From an uncultured Selenomonas sp. (GTDB taxonomy: Bacteria; Bacillota; Negativicutes; Selenomonadales; Selenomonadaceae): a stretch of DNA of 38,488 nucleotides. How positions within the stretch are numbered: position 1 is the first letter of the stretch; every line of letters starts with the position of its first letter. The stretch lies in the NCBI GenBank assembly GCA_937915915.1, contig CALGGN010000197.1, positions 1 through 38,488 on the forward strand, read 5' to 3'. Both the position numbers and the translations under genes were made by a program. Below, piece after piece: positions 8,595-15,434 of the stretch. The notes under the pieces were generated by a model. The model was not told the DNA's origin. It saw only the letters and a program-made list of their open reading frames with translations, and ran no database searches.

Positions 8595-9784
8595 AAAAAC
8601 TGCTGGTAACGGGAGGAAGTTATGCGGAAATTCCCCTGATTGAAGAAGCAAAAAAGCAAGGATGGTATGTCATTACCACAGGCAATCATCGTGATGGTCT
8701 CGGGCATCAACATTCTGACCGATATATCCCATGTGATTATTCGAATATGGAATCCATCTGTCAACTGGCAAAATCAGAAGGAGTCGAAGGGGTTGTCTCC
8801 GCATGCAATGACTTTTCTTATTTGTCTGCGGCGTATACTTGCGAAAAATTAAGCCTTCCGGGACATGATCCGTTGGAAACGGCGAAAGTCATTCATCATA
8901 AGCACCACTTTCGCTCGATGGTTTCTTCTTTGGGAATCCCATCCCCAAAGGCCATCCTGTGCGATACGCTCCAAGGGGCTGTTTCCGCTTCCGAAGCCAT
9001 TGGATTTCCCCTTGTTGTCAAGCCTATTGATCTTTTTAGCGGAACAGGAGTAACCATCTGCAAAAATCCCATGGAGTTAGAAGACGCCTTTTATAAGGCA
9101 AAAAAAGCAACACGTCAGAATTCCGTTCTCTTGGAAGAATTCATTTCAGGAGATCAGCACGGTTCTACTATGCTGCTGAAAAATCAGAAAGTGGTCTGGA
9201 GTTTCTTTGACGATGAACAGTATTATTTGACGCCGTATATCGTAGCAGGAGCATCCTCCACCACAAGCATCGACTCTGGAATTTCTTCTCAACTGTGCCG
9301 GGATGTAGAAAAAGTAGCCCGCTATTTACATTTGGTGGATGGACTATTTCATGTACAATTTATCGTGGATCAGAAAAATTATCCCATGATGATCGATCCT
9401 TGCAGAAGATCGCCGGGAGATTTGTACATTTTATTGGCAAAATATGCGACGGGTACAGATTATCCGTCAGAAATCATCAAGGCAGAAACAGGTATCCCGC
9501 TTTCTGATCAGTATATTTCTGCACAACGGCTGATTGCCAGAGAATGTATTTTTCCGAAACAAGAGGGAGTGGTCAAAAAAATTCACATCCGTCAAGATAT
9601 CGAAAAATACATTATTTACCGCATGATTTTGGCCAAGCCGGGAGATATCGTCCAAAATGCAGCAACCTATAAGGCAGGCATCCTGATAATGGAATTCAAG
9701 GACCCACAAAAAATGCACTATGTGACGGAACATTTTCACGAACTGGTAACGATTGAAATGGAATCATGCTGCAGGTCAGAATAA
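8591..9784 (+). CDS. ATP-grasp domain protein
   Basis: ATG 8591 overlaps the upstream stop (ATGA). Has a Rossmann-like pre-ATP-grasp N terminus (KKLLVTGGS) and GFPLVVKPIDLFSGTGVTICKN, a typical ATP-grasp B-loop region. Confidence 0.8.
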   Translation: MKKLLVTGGSYAEIPLIEEAKKQGWYVITTGNHRDGLGHQHSDRYIPCDYSNMESICQLAKSEGVEGVVSACNDFSYLSAAYTCEKLSLPGHDPLETAKVIHHKHHFRSMVSSLGIPSPKAILCDTLQGAVSASEAIGFPLVVKPIDLFSGTGVTICKNPMELEDAFYKAKKATRQNSVLLEEFISGDQHGSTMLLKNQKVVWSFFDDEQYYLTPYIVAGASSTTSIDSGISSQLCRDVEKVARYLHLVDGLFHVQFIVDQKNYPMMIDPCRRSPGDLYILLAKYATGTDYPSEIIKAETGIPLSDQYISAQRLIARECIFPKQEGVVKKIHIRQDIEKYIIYRMILAKPGDIVQNAATYKAGILIMEFKDPQKMHYVTEHFHELVTIEMESCCRSE

Positions 9785-9816
9785 ATCTATTTGGGGATAC
9801 CAGGGGAGAACAAAAA

Positions 9817-10998
9817 ATGAAAGACAACATTTGCATTGGCATGGCAGGAGCCGGTCGTGCCACGGAACTCCACATGCTTGCATTGGATCAATACAGCGGA
9901 ATCCCCGTAAGAAGGAAAACCATTATGGCTCGACGTAAAGAGCCGTTGGAACAGGCTTGCAAACGATATCGGTTTGAACAGATAACGATGGATTTCAATG
10001 AAATGATTCGTGATCCGGAAATCGATTTGATCGATATCTGTACGCCTGCCTATGTGCATGTCCCTATGATACGGGCGGCATTAGATGCCGGAAAACACGT
10101 TATCTGTGAAAAATCATTGACAGGATATTTCGGACAGGAGAATGATCCTGCTCCCATCGGTACACATGTCTCCAAACAAGTCATGTATGAAAAAGTATTG
10201 GAGGATATTGATTCTCTGGCAAAAGTTGTGCAGAAAGCAAATACCCAATTCATGTATGCAGAGAATTTCATCTATGCTCCTGCTATATGGAAGGCTGCCG
10301 ATATCATTGCAAAGAAGAAAAGCCGTATCCTGTTTGCGAAGGGCGAGGAAAGCCTGAAAGGATCCAGTTCTCCCGTAGCAGGGCAGTGGAACAAAACAGG
10401 AGGCGGAACCTTTATCCGGACGGGGACGCACCCATTATCCGCAATCCTGTGGCTTAAAGAACAAGAAGCAAAAGCACAGGGAAAGGAAATCAGGGTCGTC
10501 AGTGTTCTGGCAGATATGGGACGTATTCTTCCCCAACTCACTGAATATGAGCATCGCCATATCGCTGCTCGGCCGATGGACGTGGAAGACTGCGGAACTG
10601 TGATATTGACATTTTCCGATTCCACCCGCGCTGTCATCATGGCAACCGATACATTGCTGGGGGGAAGTCGAAATTATGTCGAACTGTATTGCAACGACGC
10701 TGTGATTCATTGCAAATTGACGATGAATGACATGATGGAAACTTATTTTCTGGATGAAGAGCGGCTGGATGAAGTAGAAATCTCTGAAATGCTGCCTTCC
10801 AAATTAGGGTGGAACCGTCCATTTCTTGCGGATGAATTTGTTCGCGGTTATTGCAATGAAATGAAGGATTTTATCGAGTGCGCGTATTATAACCGAAAGC
10901 CTATGTCTGACTTCAAGGTAGCATACGATTCTGTCAAGATTACGTATGCAGCCTATTTGTCTGCAGAACGGGGAGCAAAGGTGGAATTGCCGTCATGA
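9817..10998 (+). CDS. Gfo/Idh/MocA-family NAD(P)-dependent oxidoreductase
   Basis: ICIGMAGAGRATELH dinucleotide-binding N terminus and GKHVICEKS (EKP-type motif). ATG 9817 is preceded by GGGGAG. Confidence 0.85.
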   Translation: MKDNICIGMAGAGRATELHMLALDQYSGIPVRRKTIMARRKEPLEQACKRYRFEQITMDFNEMIRDPEIDLIDICTPAYVHVPMIRAALDAGKHVICEKSLTGYFGQENDPAPIGTHVSKQVMYEKVLEDIDSLAKVVQKANTQFMYAENFIYAPAIWKAADIIAKKKSRILFAKGEESLKGSSSPVAGQWNKTGGGTFIRTGTHPLSAILWLKEQEAKAQGKEIRVVSVLADMGRILPQLTEYEHRHIAARPMDVEDCGTVILTFSDSTRAVIMATDTLLGGSRNYVELYCNDAVIHCKLTMNDMMETYFLDEERLDEVEISEMLPSKLGWNRPFLADEFVRGYCNEMKDFIECAYYNRKPMSDFKVAYDSVKITYAAYLSAERGAKVELPS

Positions 10999-12092
10999 GC
11001 GTTATGGAAAAAATTACTGCTGAAGATTACAAACTGTTCGATTACATACGCGAATATGATAATCAGCCATTGATTTTATATGGAGCCGGCATAGGTGCAA
11101 AGCGAATCCTTTATTTTTTGCAGTCCCATCAGATACTTCCAAAATACATCGTCGTGGACAGAAAATATTTTCATCCCAATATGAAGATAGAAACTTATGA
11201 AGTCAAACCAGTGGAGGATATCTTTGAGCATGCTGTTCACGAACCTGTGGATGTCATCGGGGCTTTTCTGGGATTTGACATAGGACATTTGTCGAAGTAT
11301 CAATCTAAAATACGAAAAATTTTGAAACTAGATGATGAAATTTTCTATGGTTATATGGAAAAAGGTGATTTGCCTTGTGTTCCAAGAAAATTTTACGAAA
11401 TTCACGCAGAGCGAATCGAAGCTTTTTATCATGATTTGCAGGATGATTTTTCAAGAAAGACACTTATTTCGTATCTGAATCAAAGAATCAGCTGTGATAT
11501 GAATTTTTCCACAGGAATGATACAAGAAAATCAGTATTTTGACGCTGCAATCATAAATTTTGGGCAACAGAAAAAATTTATTGATTGTGGAAGTTACAAT
11601 GGATCAGATACAAAACGGTTCTTTTCTCTTACCCGTTCAGATACATTTTCTTATGTTTTTGAAGCTGATGAAAAAAATATGAGTATTGTAAAGAGAAATC
11701 TCAAATCCTATGAAAGCCGCATTCAATACGTCAATAAGGGTGTATGGAACTGCAACGAGTCGATTTTTTTCGATTCACAGCATAATTCTAGCAGTGCGAT
11801 TGCAGAAGATGGAAACATAAAAATAGAATGCATATCCTTGGATCAGTTGATGGAGACAGAGAAATATATTACATTTATCAAAATGGATATCGAAGGAGCG
11901 GAATTGCGTGGTTTGGATGGTGCAAAGAATTTGATTTCATGCTGTCATCCCGTTTTGGCTATCTGTGTTTATCATCGTCCGAAAGATATTTTTCAAATTT
12001 ACGAAAAAATAAAAGAAATCGATGCAAGTTACCGATTCTATTTAAGAAGGTATCATCCGTTTTTCATTGAAACTGTACTATATGCCATATGA
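10995..12092 (+). CDS. FkbM-family methyltransferase
   Basis: FIDCGSYNGSDT (SAM-binding loop) and FIKMDIEGAEL, both FkbM hallmarks. The ATGA overlap with the upstream gene suggests translational coupling. Very AT-rich. Confidence 0.8.
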   Translation: MSVMEKITAEDYKLFDYIREYDNQPLILYGAGIGAKRILYFLQSHQILPKYIVVDRKYFHPNMKIETYEVKPVEDIFEHAVHEPVDVIGAFLGFDIGHLSKYQSKIRKILKLDDEIFYGYMEKGDLPCVPRKFYEIHAERIEAFYHDLQDDFSRKTLISYLNQRISCDMNFSTGMIQENQYFDAAIINFGQQKKFIDCGSYNGSDTKRFFSLTRSDTFSYVFEADEKNMSIVKRNLKSYESRIQYVNKGVWNCNESIFFDSQHNSSSAIAEDGNIKIECISLDQLMETEKYITFIKMDIEGAELRGLDGAKNLISCCHPVLAICVYHRPKDIFQIYEKIKEIDASYRFYLRRYHPFFIETVLYAI

Positions 12093-12101
12093 GGGATAGC
12101 C

Positions 12102-12794
12102 ATGAAAAAAACAGCCGTCTTGCAATCAAACTATATCCCTTGGAAAGGATATTTTGATATTATTCATGACGTTGATGAATTCATATTTTACGATGAAGTG
12201 CAATATACGAGCCGAGATTGGAGAAATCGCAATAAAATCATTGCCTCAAAAAAAATTATCTGGCTTTCTGTTCCGGTTGGTGCAAAAGTACATCGTCGGA
12301 TTACGGAAGTACGCTTAGAACAAAATCTATGGCAGGAAAAACACTATCGCACCATAGAAATGGCATATCATAAAATGCCTTTTTTTCATCAATATAAAGA
12401 ATTTTTGCAATATGTTTATTTAGAAAGAACATGGGCGTATTTATATGAATTGAATCGTTTTTTAATTGAACATATATCTCATGATTTCTTGCATATCCAG
12501 ACGATATTCTCCGATAGCAGAAAATATCCGACGCTTGGGACAAAACATGAGAAACTGCTTCATTTGGTTCAATCCGCTCATACAGATATTTATGTATCGG
12601 GACCTGCAGCAAAAGACTACATTGTGGAAGAAGACTATAGAAAAGCAGGCATTCAGCTTATTTGGAAGGATTATGAAGGTTATCCGCAATATCCACAGGA
12701 CAGCGCGGAGTTTACGCATTTTGTTTCCATTTGGGATCTGCTGTTTCATGTAGGGGACGAGGCGCCATATTATATCTGGGGGTGGCGAAAGTAG
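12102..12794 (+). CDS. WbqC-family protein (function unknown, found in O-antigen/glycan clusters)
   Basis: AVLQSNYIPWKGYFDIIHDVDEFIFYDEVQYTSRDWRNRNKI matches the remembered WbqC-like (PF08889) N-terminal signature. Confidence 0.75.
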   Translation: MKKTAVLQSNYIPWKGYFDIIHDVDEFIFYDEVQYTSRDWRNRNKIIASKKIIWLSVPVGAKVHRRITEVRLEQNLWQEKHYRTIEMAYHKMPFFHQYKEFLQYVYLERTWAYLYELNRFLIEHISHDFLHIQTIFSDSRKYPTLGTKHEKLLHLVQSAHTDIYVSGPAAKDYIVEEDYRKAGIQLIWKDYEGYPQYPQDSAEFTHFVSIWDLLFHVGDEAPYYIWGWRK

Positions 12795-13135
12795 CCAGGT
12801 GGAAACATTTTTTACTCCTGCACGTCATGTTGCTCCTATATTCCACAGGAGGGATCTTCAGCAAATATGCGGCGGGACAGGAGTTTTTCGGTGCGGGGTT
12901 CTGGCTGTTTTACGGACTGTTGATTATGGTTCTTGGGCTCTATGCCATCGGTTGGCAGCAGATTCTGCGTTGGATTCCGCTGTCGGTGGCATTTGCTCAT
13001 AAATCTGTCTGTGTGATTTGGAGTTTGGTGTGGGGGATTCTGTTCTTTCATGAGAACTTGACCTTTGGGAAAGTAATCGGTATTCTGCTGATTATGGCAG
13101 GAATGATTTTGTTCACAACATCGGAGGAATCATAG
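12782..13135 (+). CDS. Small 4-TM EamA/SMR-type membrane protein, ArnE/ArnF-like flippase subunit candidate (subunit 1)
   Basis: About 117 aa from GTG 12782 (start uncertain; the track ORF begins at 12731). Four hydrophobic helices, with size and topology like ArnE/ArnF. A second such gene lies at 15055. Confidence 0.6.
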   Translation: MAKVARWKHFLLLHVMLLLYSTGGIFSKYAAGQEFFGAGFWLFYGLLIMVLGLYAIGWQQILRWIPLSVAFAHKSVCVIWSLVWGILFFHENLTFGKVIGILLIMAGMILFTTSEES

Positions 13136-13136
13136 C
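13112..13136. repeat. Left copy of the perfect 25-bp direct repeat TTCACAACATCGGAGGAATCATAGC
   Basis: Read directly and identical to 15028..15052. Contains the last codons and TAG stop of the gene ending at 13135. Confidence 0.95.
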
Positions 13137-13152
13137 ATGAGCTCAGGGTACT

Positions 13153-13181
13153 TTTACATGTGGGGGATTTAAAAAAATACT
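13153..13181 (+). promoter_or_regulatory. Promoter-like TTTACA-N17-AATACT inside the inserted cassette
   Basis: -35 at 13153..13158 and -10 at 13176..13181, just upstream of the AlbA_2 gene. Motif match only. Confidence 0.3.
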
Positions 13182-13206
13182 GGGATTGTTGCTAGGGGGT
13201 TTTTGT

Positions 13207-14880
13207 TTGATTTACACGGATACTGAACTCAAATCAAAAATACATGATATGGTTCGAGATTTTGAAAATGAGGTAGTTGAATTCAAAGAAGCAGGCAGCA
13301 ACTATTCCTTTAAAGAAATCGGGAAATATTTCTCCGCACTTGGAAATGAAGCTAACATAAGGGGAAAGTCTGAGGCTTGGCTTATCTTTGGTATCACGAA
13401 TAAGAAGAATTTCAGTGGTACGAGCTATCGTAAAAGTGGTAATCTTCAATCTTTGAAGAGGGAAATTTCTAATGGAACCAATGACAGGATGACTTTCCTT
13501 GATATTTATGAGTTGACCATGGAAAAATGTCGAATCGTTGCATTTCAAATTCCTCCAGCAATGCCAGGGATACCGACCACGTGGAATGGTGCTGCGTGGG
13601 CTAGGGAAAACGAATCACTGGTTCCTTTGCCAATGAATAAGGTAGATTTGATACGGAGTCAAGTTGGGCTGGACTGGTCCAAGGAGATTGTTAAAGATGC
13701 TACGATAGATGATTTAGATTCTGAAGCAGTCGCTTACGCTAGAAAGATGTTTTCTCAAAAACAAGAAAATCGTAAGATGGCGAAAGAAATTTTTTCAGAG
13801 ATGTCTGATATGGAGGTACTTAACAAAGCTGGGCTATGCTTTAAAGGGAAGATTACTAGGACAGCATTGCTTTTGTTGGGAAAGAAGGAGTCTGCGTTTT
13901 ATTTCGATGGATTTACGCCAAGGATAACATGGACGCTATATAATGCGGATCAGACAGTAAAAGCCTATGAGCATTTTGATATGCCGTTTTTATTGGCAGT
14001 GAATAAGGTATATTCCAAAATCAGGAATGAAAAATATAGGTATATTGCAGATCAGCAGACCTTGTTTCCAGAAGAAGTGCATCAGTATGATGCAGATCTT
14101 GTCAAAGAGGTAATCAATAACTGTATTGCTCACTCTGATTACCGGCGTCATGGTAAAATCAACATAGAAGAATTTGAGGATCATCTTGTTTTCATGAACG
14201 AAGGGGCTTTCATTCCAGAAACAATAGAAAAGGCTTTGGAACCTGGATATAAACCGCCGTATTACAGAAATGCGTTTCTTTGCAATGCGATGGTGAATAT
14301 GTACATGATTGATACGAACTCTATGGGGATACCGATGATATACAATATCCAAAAGGCGAGATGTTTTCCTCTTCCGTCTTATGATCTTGATGTTATGAAT
14401 CGAGTAAGTGTCACGATTTATGGAAAGATGCTGAATAAGAATTATACACGGTTGTTGCATTCATATGAAAATCTGGATCTGATGACGGTCTTTCTCTTGG
14501 ATCAAGTCCAGAAACGAAAAACCATTTCAAAAACAGACTATAGAGCATTGAAGAAAAAAGGATTCGTTGAAGGACGGTATCCAGCACTTTATGTATCGTA
14601 CAAAATAGCAGAAGCGGTTGGAGATAAGGCTGGGTATGTAAGGAACAAAGGATTAGATGACAAAATTTGTCAAGAACTTATCGTGTCATCTCTTAAAAAT
14701 GGCTCATTGAAAAAGGCAGATATCTTCGAATCGGTAAAACATGCATTACCGGAAGTCCTTACGGAAGAGCAGCGATATAAGAAATTATCTAACCTGCTAC
14801 AGAAGATGAAAAGAGAGGGGACTATCGATGTTCACGGAAATGCGGCTCATGCTGAATGGAGTTTGGCGAAGACAGTTTAG
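13207..14880 (+). CDS. AlbA_2 (Schlafen-type) plus HATPase_c_4 domain protein, COG2865-like putative nucleic-acid-binding protein
   Basis: ENEVVEFKEAGSNYSFKEIGKYFSALGNEANIRGKSEAWLIFGI matches the AlbA_2 signature E.EFK...NT.GG.L.IGV. VKEVINNCIAHSDYRRHGKINIEEFEDHLVFMNEGAF matches the HATPase_c_4 signature REA..NA..HRDY. TTG 13207 has AGGGGG 7 nt upstream; the track start is 13186 and ATG 13249 is an alternative. Confidence 0.75.
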   Translation: MIYTDTELKSKIHDMVRDFENEVVEFKEAGSNYSFKEIGKYFSALGNEANIRGKSEAWLIFGITNKKNFSGTSYRKSGNLQSLKREISNGTNDRMTFLDIYELTMEKCRIVAFQIPPAMPGIPTTWNGAAWARENESLVPLPMNKVDLIRSQVGLDWSKEIVKDATIDDLDSEAVAYARKMFSQKQENRKMAKEIFSEMSDMEVLNKAGLCFKGKITRTALLLLGKKESAFYFDGFTPRITWTLYNADQTVKAYEHFDMPFLLAVNKVYSKIRNEKYRYIADQQTLFPEEVHQYDADLVKEVINNCIAHSDYRRHGKINIEEFEDHLVFMNEGAFIPETIEKALEPGYKPPYYRNAFLCNAMVNMYMIDTNSMGIPMIYNIQKARCFPLPSYDLDVMNRVSVTIYGKMLNKNYTRLLHSYENLDLMTVFLLDQVQKRKTISKTDYRALKKKGFVEGRYPALYVSYKIAEAVGDKAGYVRNKGLDDKICQELIVSSLKNGSLKKADIFESVKHALPEVLTEEQRYKKLSNLLQKMKREGTIDVHGNAAHAEWSLAKTV

Positions 14881-15002
14881 TCAACGAATATATATTTTTA
14901 GTCAAGGATAAGACATGCTATTGTGAGAAAAAGTCTTGAAAGGATTGAAAATACAGGGATTTCTTTTGACTAAACCAGGAAAAAATTTTTCCAGTTAGTC
15001 AA
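14876..15002. repeat. Cluster of four TTAGTCAA octamers (three direct, one inverted)
   Basis: TTTAGTCAA at 14876..14884 (overlaps the TAG stop), TTTAGTCAA at 14897..14905, TTGACTAAA at 14966..14974 (inverted), and TTAGTCAA at 14995..15002. Confidence 0.9.
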
Positions 15003-15027
15003 AGAGATTGTGGCGAGGACAGTAGTA

Positions 15028-15052
15028 TTCACAACATCGGAGGAATCATAGC
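15028..15052. repeat. Right copy of the perfect 25-bp direct repeat
   Basis: Identical to 13112..13136. Supplies the GGAGGAA RBS for ATG 15055. Confidence 0.95.
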
Positions 15053-15054
15053 GT

Positions 15055-15402
15055 ATGGAAATCTTGCCTTATGCGGGGAGTCTTCTCCTGGGCGTGTTTC
15101 TGGCATCCATTGCGCAGGCTATGCTGAAATATGCGGCGCGAAGACGGCAAGGCTCATGGTTTCGCATGTACTGGAACCCATGGGTCATCGGCGCATATAT
15201 CATTTTGTTTGGAACAACCTTCCTTGCCATCTATGCCTATCGGGGGATTTCCTTGTCCATGGGCGCGGTTCTGGAATCAACCAGCTATATCTATGTGACA
15301 TTTTGGGGATATCGGCTGTTCCGTGAAAAGGTCAATCGGCGGAAAATTCTGGCGTTGTGTTTGATCGTATCGGGGATTGCAGTTTTTTCCCTTTGGGGTT
15401 AA
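15055..15402 (+). CDS. Small 4-TM EamA/SMR-type membrane protein, ArnE/ArnF-like flippase subunit candidate (subunit 2)
   Basis: 115 aa with four hydrophobic helices. Similar in size and layout to the 12782..13135 product. Confidence 0.6.
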   Translation: MEILPYAGSLLLGVFLASIAQAMLKYAARRRQGSWFRMYWNPWVIGAYIILFGTTFLAIYAYRGISLSMGAVLESTSYIYVTFWGYRLFREKVNRRKILALCLIVSGIAVFSLWG

Positions 15403-15434
15403 GGAAACGCGGGCTAAATTTTTTCGTGGTTTTG

